Source: Bacteroidaceae bacterium | GTDB taxonomy: Bacteria > Bacteroidota > Bacteroidia > Bacteroidales > Bacteroidaceae | Assembly (NCBI GenBank): GCA_016292045.1 | Contig: JAEEZX010000006.1 | Coordinates: 7,757 to 71,756, forward strand | Direction: 5' to 3' | DNA length: 64,000 nucleotides | In this document: one piece after another, positions 49,979 to 58,290 of the stretch | Layout: every line of letters starts with the position of its first letter | How positions within the stretch are numbered: the stretch's first letter is position 1 | Position numbers and translations under genes: made by a program | Notes under the pieces: model-generated | What the model was told of the DNA's origin: nothing | The model's input: the letters and a program-made list of their open reading frames with translations, nothing else | The model's database searches: none

Positions 49979-51361
49979 TCAATATTTTGCGGCGCCGTAG
50001 CCCTCGCATGGACTGCCGGAGGCGGGGGTAAAATCGTAGAGATAGAACGCGGTGTTGAACAAACGATACAAACCACGCTTGTCAGGACTCTGACCCTTGT
50101 TGCCGCGCTTCTCGGCCTCCTCGCTGTCGTAGAGACAATCCACAAAACGCTCGTCAGTGTCGTCCCTCACCGTGTTGAGATAGCACTCCTTGAACAAAAG
50201 CGCCTCCTCCCTGGTGCCCGGATGCTGGAACGAAGCACCGATGACATCGTCGCCATAGCCCATCACAAGACAGCGGTCGAAGGTGTAAGACTCTATATCG
50301 TAATCTGTATCGCCCTCCTTGTTGGCAAGGAAGAGAGCCATACCCTTTGTGCCGCCGCCGATGAGAAGATACTGCGCCATGGTGCAATGCGTGAGAGAGG
50401 CCTTGCCGCCAAGCAGATAGAGGCCGTGGCCCATAGCATTGGAGATACACACGTTGTTGGCCGTAAAGTCACAGTTCTTGAGGAACAAGCCGCAACTGGT
50501 CTCCACGTCGATGCCAGACATGTTGTGCAGCCGAGACGACTCCATCGTCAGATTGGTGTTCTCCGCACGGATACCCCAACGCGAACTGTGAAGGTCCATC
50601 CACTCTATCTCATGGTTCTTGCTCCCATCCGCAAGAATGACGCCGTTCCAGCGGTCCGGCATATTGTCGTAGGGCATATACCACAGAAGACGGTCGGTGC
50701 GGTCTCCGCGCAAGACGACGGGTTTGCCCTCCTCGCCTTCCACCTTCAGTGTGCCGCGCACGATAAGCGTACCGTTGTCGCGGAAGAAGAGGCGCGTGCC
50801 GGCCTTGATGGTGAAGGTGACATCCTCCGACACCGTCAGCGGTCCCTCAACAAGTACCGGTCGCTTGGATTCCAGCGTATTGTCCTCCGTCAAAGTTACA
50901 TCGATCCAACGGTATACATCCATGCCGATAGCCGTCACTGAGACATACTGCGTGACTCCGCTCTCAAGATGGAAGAGAAGACGGTCCTCGTAGGTGGTTG
51001 TCTCGTCCTTGTCGGTGTCGGGCAGCGTGCACTCCAGACGCACGAAGATACTGTCATGGGTGCGCACCTCGAAATCGGTGCCCCTGCCGTTGTCAAGAAA
51101 CATGCCGTCCACATTGGCGCGGAAGGGCGACTCACTGCCCTTCTCAAACTCCACGGCAACGATGCGCAGACCCTTGTCGCCCCTGTTGCGCACCATGAGA
51201 GTACGCGTGGAAGAACCCTCGGCCGTGATGACGGTGTCGAAGGCCACAGTGCCCTCCGAGAAAGAAAGCACGGAAGATGGGTCGGTGGTGAAGTCGTCGT
51301 AGGAGTCACAGCCCCCCAGGACAACACACAAAAGGAGAAAGAAGGGAAGAATACGCTTCAT
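49979..51361 (-). CDS. Hypothetical lipoprotein with Ig-like N-domain and probable right-handed beta-helix
   Basis: 460 aa. Lipobox LLLCVVLGGC. Repeated short beta segments (..NCDFTANNVCISN..) suggest a parallel beta-helix fold. No catalytic motif recognised. Confidence 0.5.
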   Translation of the reverse strand: MKRILPFFLLLCVVLGGCDSYDDFTTDPSSVLSFSEGTVAFDTVITAEGSSTRTLMVRNRGDKGLRIVAVEFEKGSESPFRANVDGMFLDNGRGTDFEVRTHDSIFVRLECTLPDTDKDETTTYEDRLLFHLESGVTQYVSVTAIGMDVYRWIDVTLTEDNTLESKRPVLVEGPLTVSEDVTFTIKAGTRLFFRDNGTLIVRGTLKVEGEEGKPVVLRGDRTDRLLWYMPYDNMPDRWNGVILADGSKNHEIEWMDLHSSRWGIRAENTNLTMESSRLHNMSGIDVETSCGLFLKNCDFTANNVCISNAMGHGLYLLGGKASLTHCTMAQYLLIGGGTKGMALFLANKEGDTDYDIESYTFDRCLVMGYGDDVIGASFQHPGTREEALLFKECYLNTVRDDTDERFVDCLYDSEEAEKRGNKGQSPDKRGLYRLFNTAFYLYDFTPASGSPCEGYGAAKY

Positions 51362-51567
51362 TCGGCATCCACATTTGTTTCAAGGTCGAAATCCACAGAG
51401 CAGGGCTCTATTCCGTACTGCTCCTCCACCTCTGCCTGATAGAGGTTCCAAGCGATGCGTATACGATGTACGAAGTTCATAAGTAGATGCTCCTCTGTGG
51501 TGCCCTTGCGGCGTAAATCATAGCCTCTTCGGGCGAGAATTGAGATATTAATGTTGATTTTATTCAT
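51358..51567 (-). CDS. Small hypothetical protein (69 aa), translationally coupled to the downstream lipoprotein
   Basis: The internal ATG at 51567 (MNKININ...) avoids conflict with the plus-strand small ORF. Its stop overlaps the lipoprotein ATG (ATGA). -7 box at 51611-51618. Confidence 0.35.
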   Translation of the reverse strand: MNKININISILARRGYDLRRKGTTEEHLLMNFVHRIRIAWNLYQAEVEEQYGIEPCSVDFDLETNVDAE

Positions 51568-51596
51568 TAGAAGAACGTTGTTTCGATGTTTTTTAT

Positions 51597-51604
51597 TACT
51601 TTTG
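51597..51604 (+). promoter_or_regulatory. -7 promoter box TACTTTTG
   Basis: Match to TAnnTTTG 22 nt before the ATG at 51626. Confidence 0.5.
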
Positions 51605-51610
51605 CGGCTG

Positions 51611-51618
51611 CAAATGTA
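51611..51618 (-). promoter_or_regulatory. -7 promoter box (TACATTTG on minus strand)
   Basis: Plus strand reads CAAATGTA, 44 nt upstream of the minus-strand ATG at 51567. It lies only 7 nt from the plus-strand box. Confidence 0.4.
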
Positions 51619-51625
51619 ACAAAAT

Positions 51626-51796
51626 ATGTTGAAACTGTTTCTGCTCATCGCCCTTTTTGTTGGATTAAGCATGCTACTTTTGTGCATCCGTATCATTCTG
51701 GAGAAGAACGGACGCTTCGGCAGCGAGCACATCGGTCACAGCAAGGCGATGAGAAAGAAAGGAATACACTGCGTACACAAACAATTCGAGATATGA
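51626..51796 (+). CDS. Unannotated small single-pass membrane protein (56 aa)
   Basis: Hand translation: MLKLFLLIALFVGLSMLLLCIRIILEKNGRFGSEHIGHSKAMRKKGIHCVHKQFEI. Its TGA overlaps the skp ATG (ATGA at 51793-51796). It has its own -7 box. It falls below the 60-aa cutoff of the ORF track. Confidence 0.5.
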   Translation: MLKLFLLIALFVGLSMLLLCIRIILEKNGRFGSEHIGHSKAMRKKGIHCVHKQFEI

Positions 51797-52386
51797 AGCA
51801 CATTATGTTTATCGCGGCGGCTCTTATGCTGAGCCTCACCGCCTGTCAGAAAAACGCCGAAGAGGCAGAAAACGAAGCCTCCCCCGAGGCCGAGGAAGCC
51901 GCAGGACTGAAAATCGCCTACGTGGAGATGGACAGCCTCATCACACAGTATGAGCTCTACAAGGACTACGAGGAGGAGCTCAACCGCAAGGGTACCAACA
52001 TCCAGAACACCCTGGCACAGAAGCAGCGCGCACTGGAGCAGCACGCAGCAGCCCTGCAGAAGAAATACGAGAGCAACGGATTCACCACACGCGACGAACT
52101 GGAGCGCGCACAGAACAGCATACAGCTGGAGCAGCAGCAGCTGCAGGAACTGGCCAACCGTCTGCAGAGCGACTTTGCACAGGAGCAGACACGCGTGAAC
52201 CAGGAGGCCCGCGACAGCATACAGGCTTTCTTGCGCGCGTACAATAAAACAAAAAAGTATGACTACGTGCTGGTGAAGGCCGGCGACAACATGCTGGTGG
52301 CCAATCCCAAGATGGACATCACACGCGACGTCATCAAGGGACTGAACAAGCGCTACAAGAAAGCCCACAAGACGGCAGAAGAGTAA
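51793..52386 (+). CDS. OmpH/Skp family periplasmic chaperone (lipoprotein form)
   Basis: Start MKHIMFIAAALMLSLTAC. The coiled-coil-rich body with an LKIAYVEMDSL entry is typical of Bacteroidetes OmpH-like proteins. Confidence 0.8.
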   Translation: MKHIMFIAAALMLSLTACQKNAEEAENEASPEAEEAAGLKIAYVEMDSLITQYELYKDYEEELNRKGTNIQNTLAQKQRALEQHAAALQKKYESNGFTTRDELERAQNSIQLEQQQLQELANRLQSDFAQEQTRVNQEARDSIQAFLRAYNKTKKYDYVLVKAGDNMLVANPKMDITRDVIKGLNKRYKKAHKTAEE

Positions 52387-52410
52387 AGGTTAGAGGTTAG
52401 AGTTTAGAGA
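52383..52410. repeat. Period-7 array beginning at the skp stop codon (GTAAAGG TTAGAGG TTAGAGT TTAGAGA)
   Basis: Read directly. TAA at 52384 and TAG at 52391, 52398 and 52405 cover all three frames. The complementary strand carries TAA every 7 nt. Confidence 0.85.
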
Positions 52411-52450
52411 ATAATAATCCCGAGTCTCGCTGAGACCCGGGATTATTATT
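52410..52450. terminator. Bidirectional terminator hairpin between skp and gldE
   Basis: AATAATAATCCCGAGTCTC-GCT-GAGACCCGGGATTATTATT, a 19-bp stem with one mismatch between convergent genes. Confidence 0.7.
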
Positions 52451-53772
52451 TATTTCTTGCCGCGGATGACCTTCACACTGACGATGCGCCGCTGGTCCAT
52501 CTCCATCACCTCGAAGGTAAACTGCTTGTAAGTGAGGCGCTCGTGAAGCTCGGGGAAATCGCCCTTGAGTTCGAGGATGAGACCTGCCAGTGTGTCGGCT
52601 TCGCCCTCCACCTCCTCGAAGAAGTCTTCGTCTATCTGCATCACCTTATAGAAGTCTATCAGCTGCGTGCGGCCCTCAAACACCCACGTGTTTTTATTCA
52701 GGCGGTGGTAATCCTCTTCCTCGTCGTCGGTCTCGTCGTGTATTTCGCCCACTATCTCCTCAATGATGTCCTCCATGGTGACCAGTCCGCTCGTGCCACC
52801 GAACTCGTCCACCACGATGGCCATATGCACCTTGTTCTCCTGAAAGTCGCGCAAGAGGTCGTCTATCATCTTCGTCTCAGGCACGAAGAATGCCGAACGG
52901 ATGAGCGACTGCCAGCGGAAATTGGCCGGCTTGGTGAGATGCGGCAGGAGGTCCTTGATGTAGAGCACACCCTTGATATGGTCCTCCGTGCCCTGATAGA
53001 CGGGTATGCGGGAATAGTTGTTCTCCACGATGCACTCCAGCACCTTGGGGAACGGTGTCTTGAACTCGATGTCCACCATGTCTACACGCGGCGTCATTAC
53101 CTCCTTACACATCTCGCCGCCAAAGCGTATAATACTCTTGAGCATCTTGGACTCTGCGGCGATGTCTTGCGTGTCGGTGAGCTGCATTGCCTTCTCAAGG
53201 TCGTCCACGGTGAGGGCCTCCACGCTGTGGCGGCTCAGACGGTCAGTGAACACCTTGCTGCGCACCAGCAGGCTGCTGAGGGGATAGAACAGCTTCTCTA
53301 GCACGGAAAGTATCCCGCTGCCGCCGCGCACGAAGGCAAGGGCGTGCTGGGCGCACCACACCTTCGGCATTATCTCGCCGAATAGCAGGAGCAGGAACGT
53401 GAGGAGCACCGTGAGTATGGCGAACTCCAGCCACACTGCCTCTCCGAAATCCACCATACGGCTGGCGGCATAGCCGAGGAACATGACGATGGCCACGTTG
53501 ACCAGATTGTTGGTGATGAGAATCGTGGCAAGCAGGCGCTCGGAATGCTCCAGCCACTGCCGGATACGCGAATCGCTCGGATGGCGCTCCTCCTCCACCT
53601 CCTCGATATCATCCGGGGAGAGGGAGAAAAACGCTATTTCACTTCCACTGACGAAAGCTGATACAAAAAGCAGGAGAAACGCGCCCGCGACGGCCGTGAT
53701 ACAATAGGCGTCAGGGGTATGAAATTGAATCGTTGAAAGGGACTCTATCAGTCCCGCGAGAGGGTCATCCAT
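52450..53772 (-). CDS. gldE: GldE/CNNM-type protein (DUF21 membrane domain + CBS pair + CorC/HlyC domain)
   Basis: 440 aa. N-terminal TM bundle, CBS region (RIPVYQGTEDHIKGVLYIKDL) and C-terminal transporter-associated domain. ssb lies upstream. Confidence 0.75.
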   Translation of the reverse strand: MDDPLAGLIESLSTIQFHTPDAYCITAVAGAFLLLFVSAFVSGSEIAFFSLSPDDIEEVEEERHPSDSRIRQWLEHSERLLATILITNNLVNVAIVMFLGYAASRMVDFGEAVWLEFAILTVLLTFLLLLFGEIMPKVWCAQHALAFVRGGSGILSVLEKLFYPLSSLLVRSKVFTDRLSRHSVEALTVDDLEKAMQLTDTQDIAAESKMLKSIIRFGGEMCKEVMTPRVDMVDIEFKTPFPKVLECIVENNYSRIPVYQGTEDHIKGVLYIKDLLPHLTKPANFRWQSLIRSAFFVPETKMIDDLLRDFQENKVHMAIVVDEFGGTSGLVTMEDIIEEIVGEIHDETDDEEEDYHRLNKNTWVFEGRTQLIDFYKVMQIDEDFFEEVEGEADTLAGLILELKGDFPELHERLTYKQFTFEVMEMDQRRIVSVKVIRGKK

Positions 53773-53793
53773 TTTTTAGAGGGTTTGGTAAAA

Positions 53794-54156
53794 TCAGGCG
53801 GTAGCAGGTTCCGGTGACTGTGACTGAGGCTTGGGAGTCAGCATCTCCATCGCGTCGGCCCATATCTCCGTGACATAGCGCGTGCGCCCTTGATTGTCCT
53901 CATAGGACCGGGTGTGGATCTTGCCTTCTATATAGAGCTTGTCGCCCTTCTTGACATACTTGTCCACCACCTCTGCGAGCTGACGCCAGAGAACCACATT
54001 GTGCCACTCCGTGCGCTCGGGCACCTCAGTGCCGTTGGGCAAGGTGTAGCCTCTCTCGCTGGTGGCCAGACGCAACTGCGCCACACACACACCGCGGTCC
54101 ACATAACGGACATCCGGATCGACTCCAACGTTGCCTATGAGCATCACTTTGTTCAT
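53794..54156 (-). CDS. ssb: Single-stranded DNA-binding protein
   Basis: Start MNKVMLIGNVGVDPDVRY, an OB fold. The ORF-track start at 54180 lies inside the -7 box at 54178-54185. Confidence 0.9.
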   Translation of the reverse strand: MNKVMLIGNVGVDPDVRYVDRGVCVAQLRLATSERGYTLPNGTEVPERTEWHNVVLWRQLAEVVDKYVKKGDKLYIEGKIHTRSYEDNQGRTRYVTEIWADAMEMLTPKPQSQSPEPATA

Positions 54157-54177
54157 TGCATTCACATGTTTACGATG

Positions 54178-54185
54178 CAAAAGTA
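54178..54185 (-). promoter_or_regulatory. -7 promoter box (TACTTTTG on minus strand)
   Basis: Plus strand reads CAAAAGTA, 22 nt upstream of the ssb ATG at 54156. Confidence 0.5.
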
Positions 54186-54248
54186 TAAAAAAAATGGGTT
54201 TTAAACATCAAAAAAAGTATAGTTTTTTAGATATCTCTGTTTTTTTCG

Positions 54249-54256
54249 TATCTTTG
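54249..54256 (+). promoter_or_regulatory. -7 promoter box TATCTTTG
   Basis: Match to TAnnTTTG 55 nt before the ATG at 54311. Confidence 0.5.
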
Positions 54257-54310
54257 CGTCTGAAACAGTGACATAACATATTAATAATATAACGTAAAAA
54301 ACTAACCAAC

Positions 54311-56047
54311 ATGGACAACGAACTCATCAAACAATGTGAGGCTAAAGCCCAGGAGTGGCTCTCCTCCCCCATCATCGATGCAGACACCAAGGCCGAAATC
54401 AAGACCATGTACGACGACAAGACCGCACTGGTGGATGCCTTCTATCAGAATCTGGAATTCGGCACGGGCGGACTGCGCGGTATCATGGGTGCCGGCACCA
54501 ACCGTATGAACAAATACATCGTAGGCATGGCCACACAGGGTTTTGCCAACTACATCAACAAGGCATTCCCGCAGGGCGGCTGCTCCGTGGTGGTGGGTCA
54601 CGACTGCCGCAACAACGGACGCATGTACGCTGAATCCGTTGCCGCCATCTTCTCGGCCAACGGTATCAAAGCATATCTCTTCGAGAGCCTGAGACCGACG
54701 CCCGAAATCAGTTTCGCCATCCGTCAGTTGGGCGCTGTGGCCGGCGTTAACGTGACGGCATCGCACAATCCGAAGGAATACAACGGATACAAGGCCTACT
54801 GGGCTGACGGCGCACAGGTGCTCGCTCCGCACGACACGGGTATCATCGCCGAGGTGAACAAGGTAAAACTGGAGGATGTCAAGTTCACAGCCAACTGGGA
54901 CCTCATCCAGATTATCGGCGGCGAGATGGACTACGACTATATGATGGCCGTGAAGGAGGCAATGGTGGATCAGGACGTCATCCTGCGCCAGAAGGACCTC
55001 AACATCGTCTACAGCGCCATGCACGGCACAGGCCGCCACATCGTGCCCATGTGTCTGCGTTCCTGGGGATTCCAGAACATCAACGTGGTGCCCGAGCAGA
55101 TGGTCGTTGACGGCAACTTCCCCACCGTGGTTTCCCCCAACCCCGAGAATGCCGAAGCCATGACGCTGGGTATGAAGCTGGGCACTAAGCTCAATGCCGA
55201 CCTCGTGGTGGCTACAGACCCCGATGCCGACCGTCTCGCCATAGTATGCCGCAATCCGGAAGGCGAATGGCAGATTATCAACGGCAACCAGACGGCCATG
55301 ATGTTCATCTACTACATCATCAAGAACAAGCAGGCTCTCGGCACGCTGGGCAAGACCGACTTCCTCGTGAAGACCATCGTGACCACCGAGGTGATTGCCG
55401 AGATGGCAAAGAAGAACGGCGTGGAACTACGCGACTGCTACACCGGTTTCAAATGGATTGCACGTGAGATAGCTCTCTCGGAAGGCAAGCAGAAATATAT
55501 CGGCGGCGGCGAGGAGTCGTTCGGCTTCCTGCCCTACGACAAGGTGCGCGACAAGGATGCTCCTGCCTCTATCTGTCTCATCTGTGAGATTGCAGCGTGG
55601 GCAAAGGACCAGGGCAAGACCCTCTACGACCTGCTGATGGAGATATACAAGGAATACGGATTCTCATACGAGAGCACCATCAACGTGACGAAGCCCGGAA
55701 AGAGTGGTGCCGACGAGATAAAGCAGATGATGGCGGACTTCCGCGGCGAGAAGGCTCCGAAGGAAATCGCCGGTTCGAAGATTGTTCTTACGAAGGACTA
55801 TCAGGCACTCACGGCAACAGACGCTCAGGGCAATGTCACAAAACTGGATATGCCCACGACGAGCAACGTGCTGCAGTGGTTCTGCGAGGACGGCACCAAG
55901 ATTTCTGTACGCCCCAGCGGCACGGAACCGAAGATTAAGTTCTATTGTGAAATCAAGGGACAAATCGGTTGCGCGAAGTGCTATCCCGGCGAGGTGGAGA
56001 AGGCCAAAGAACACGTGGAAGCCATCAAGAAATCACTTTCTCTCTGA
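54311..56047 (+). CDS. Phosphoglucomutase/phosphomannomutase (phospho-sugar mutase)
   Basis: 578 aa. FGTGGLRG, active-site TASHNP, ATDPDADR and GGEESFG motifs. Confidence 0.85.
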   Translation: MDNELIKQCEAKAQEWLSSPIIDADTKAEIKTMYDDKTALVDAFYQNLEFGTGGLRGIMGAGTNRMNKYIVGMATQGFANYINKAFPQGGCSVVVGHDCRNNGRMYAESVAAIFSANGIKAYLFESLRPTPEISFAIRQLGAVAGVNVTASHNPKEYNGYKAYWADGAQVLAPHDTGIIAEVNKVKLEDVKFTANWDLIQIIGGEMDYDYMMAVKEAMVDQDVILRQKDLNIVYSAMHGTGRHIVPMCLRSWGFQNINVVPEQMVVDGNFPTVVSPNPENAEAMTLGMKLGTKLNADLVVATDPDADRLAIVCRNPEGEWQIINGNQTAMMFIYYIIKNKQALGTLGKTDFLVKTIVTTEVIAEMAKKNGVELRDCYTGFKWIAREIALSEGKQKYIGGGEESFGFLPYDKVRDKDAPASICLICEIAAWAKDQGKTLYDLLMEIYKEYGFSYESTINVTKPGKSGADEIKQMMADFRGEKAPKEIAGSKIVLTKDYQALTATDAQGNVTKLDMPTTSNVLQWFCEDGTKISVRPSGTEPKIKFYCEIKGQIGCAKCYPGEVEKAKEHVEAIKKSLSL

Positions 56048-56108
56048 CAAAAAGGTCAAATAAAGGAAAAAAAAACATCTCCATCCGGCTTTATTGCAAG
56101 AAAAGATG

Positions 56109-56116
56109 TACCTTTG
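56109..56116 (+). promoter_or_regulatory. -7 promoter box TACCTTTG
   Basis: Match to TAnnTTTG 57 nt before the rpsP ATG at 56173. Confidence 0.55.
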
Positions 56117-56172
56117 CACCCGCTGTCACGGGATGGCAGCATATTTCAAACCTATAAAACCACAAAAAAGTA

Positions 56173-56724
56173 ATGGCAACAAAAATCAGATTGCAGCGCG
56201 GCGGCCGTAAAGGCTATGCCTTCTACAGCATCGTCATCGCTGATGTAAGAGCACCACGTGATGGTAAGTTTACAGAGAAGATTGGTACCTATAATCCTAA
56301 CACCAATCCTGCCACTGTAGATTTGAAATTCGACCGCGCACTCTATTGGGTAGAGGCTGGTGCACAGCCCACCGACACAGTGCGTAACATCCTCTCTGGC
56401 GAGGGCGTTTACCTGATGAAGCACCTGCGTGGCGGTGTGAAGAAGGGCGCTTTCGACGAGGCTGCTGCACAGCAGAAGTTTGATGCATGGAAGGCTGATC
56501 GTCAGAAAGGTCTTCAGGCTGTAGCAAACAAGATGGCTGAAGAGGCCAAGAAGGCTGCCGCAGAGCGTCTCAACGCAGAGAAGAAGGCAGACGAAGCCAA
56601 GAAGGCTCAGATTGCAGAGAAGATGGCTGCCCTTGAGGCTGCCGCCAAGGAAGCCGCTGCGGAGGCAGAAGCTGCTGCCGCAGCCGAAGAGGCTCCCGCT
56701 GAAGAAGCTCCCGCTGCAGAATAA
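56173..56724 (+). CDS. rpsP: 30S ribosomal protein S16 with long Ala/Lys/Glu-rich C-terminal extension
   Basis: [31 protein letters not shown] is the S16 core. The roughly 100-aa low-complexity tail is common in Bacteroidetes S16. Confidence 0.9.
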   Translation: MATKIRLQRGGRKGYAFYSIVIADVRAPRDGKFTEKIGTYNPNTNPATVDLKFDRALYWVEAGAQPTDTVRNILSGEGVYLMKHLRGGVKKGAFDEAAAQQKFDAWKADRQKGLQAVANKMAEEAKKAAAERLNAEKKADEAKKAQIAEKMAALEAAAKEAAAEAEAAAAAEEAPAEEAPAAE

Positions 56725-56732
56725 GAGCATTC

Positions 56733-57341
56733 ATGAAACTGTTGCTGCTATCTAATCCAACGTTCTTCGTTGAAGAAGACAAAATCCTCGCAACACTTTT
56801 TGAGGACGGGTTAGATATGCTGCACCTGCGCAAACCAGGGTCAGAACCGGTCTATTGTGAACGGTTGCTGACCCTGTTGCCTTCCCGCTATCACAACCGC
56901 ATCGTAGCCAACGACCACTTCTACCTGAAGGAGGAATTCGGACTTGCAGGAATACATATCAGCCATCACAACCCCAACCTGCCGGCAGGCTACAAGGGGC
57001 AGAAGTCGTGTACATGCTACAGTCTCGACGATTTGGCTGAATGCAAGCGGAATTTTGACTACGTCATACTGAAGAATGTATTCGACAGTATTTCCGAACC
57101 GACATACAAGTCCAGATATACTATTGAGCAGCTGAAGGAAGCATCACGTCGCGGCCTCATCGACCGTCACGTGATGGCACAGGGAGGCATCTCCCTGGAA
57201 CTTATTCCGAAGGTGCGCGACCTGGGATTCGGAGGAGCCGTAATCAGAGGCGAGCTATGGAAGCGCTTCAACATACATTCCGGTATGGACTTCAAGGATT
57301 TAATATTACATTTCCATCGTTTGCGCAAAGCGAGCGAGTAA
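56733..57341 (+). CDS. Thiamine phosphate synthase (ThiE) family protein
   Basis: 202 aa. LHLRKP...GIH(I)S and C-terminal GGI..E...V...G..G motifs resemble TMP-TENI family members. Function not certain. Confidence 0.5.
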   Translation: MKLLLLSNPTFFVEEDKILATLFEDGLDMLHLRKPGSEPVYCERLLTLLPSRYHNRIVANDHFYLKEEFGLAGIHISHHNPNLPAGYKGQKSCTCYSLDDLAECKRNFDYVILKNVFDSISEPTYKSRYTIEQLKEASRRGLIDRHVMAQGGISLELIPKVRDLGFGGAVIRGELWKRFNIHSGMDFKDLILHFHRLRKASE

Positions 57342-57354
57342 GTACACTAACCTT

Positions 57355-58290
57355 ATGACCAACGAAAATTTTTTGGTATTCTCGGGTACCGCAACCCGTT
57401 ATCTTGCTGAAAAAATATGCCAAAGTCTGGGATGTCCTCTGGGCAACCTCATAATCACAAAGTTCTCCGACGGAGAATTTGCCGTAAGCTATGAAGAGAG
57501 CATTCGCGGTAAGGATGTCTTTCTCGTACAAAGCACATTCCCCAACAGCGACAACCTCATGGAGCTGCTGCTCATGATGGACGCCGCAAAGAGAGCCTCA
57601 GCAAGAACCATCAACGCCGTGGTGCCTTACTTCGGATGGGCACGACAGGACCGCAAGGACAAACCCCGCGTGTCGATTGGCGCAAAACTCGTTGCCGACT
57701 GCATGACAGTAGCCGGTATAGACCGTCTCATCACAATGGACCTGCACGCAGATCAGGAACAGGGCTTTTTCAACTGTCCCGTAGATCATCTGTATGCTTC
57801 CAGCGTAATGATGCCGTATATCAAGAGCCTCAAACTCAAGAACCTGGTAATGGCAGCTCCTGACGTAGGCGGTTCGAAACGCGCCAGCAACTATGCAAAA
57901 TATCTGGATTGTCCCCTTGTGCTCTGCAACAAGACACGCAAGAAAGCAAACGAGGTATCCGACATGCAGATTATCGGTGATGTGACCGGTGCCGATGTTG
58001 TGCTCGTGGACGACATGGTGGATACAGCCGGCACTATCACAAAGGCCGCCGACCTGATGATGCAGAACGGAGCCAACAGCGTAAGAGCTATCGCATCACA
58101 CTGCGTGATGTCGGGTCCCGCTTCAGAGCGCGTACAGAATAGTGCGCTTGAGGAGATTGTCTTCACCGACTCCATCCCCTACACCCAGCGCTGTGCCAAG
58201 GTCAAGCAGATTTCCATCGCCGACCTCCTCGCCGAGACCATCCGCCGCGTGGTGGAGAACAAGAGCATCTCTTCTCAATACCTTATATAA
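57355..58290 (+). CDS. prs: Ribose-phosphate pyrophosphokinase
   Basis: 311 aa. FSDGE, YFGWARQDRK, DLHADQEQGFF and the PRPP loop VLVDDMVDTAGT. Confidence 0.95.
   Translation: MTNENFLVFSGTATRYLAEKICQSLGCPLGNLIITKFSDGEFAVSYEESIRGKDVFLVQSTFPNSDNLMELLLMMDAAKRASARTINAVVPYFGWARQDRKDKPRVSIGAKLVADCMTVAGIDRLITMDLHADQEQGFFNCPVDHLYASSVMMPYIKSLKLKNLVMAAPDVGGSKRASNYAKYLDCPLVLCNKTRKKANEVSDMQIIGDVTGADVVLVDDMVDTAGTITKAADLMMQNGANSVRAIASHCVMSGPASERVQNSALEEIVFTDSIPYTQRCAKVKQISIADLLAETIRRVVENKSISSQYLI

Noticed and set aside
56122-56140. Small stem-loop (GCTGTC-ACGGGAT-GGCAGC) in the rpsP leader as a possible ribosomal-protein leader element.
   Set aside because: It has only 6 bp including a G-U pair and I see no further conserved structure. 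That is too weak to distinguish from chance.
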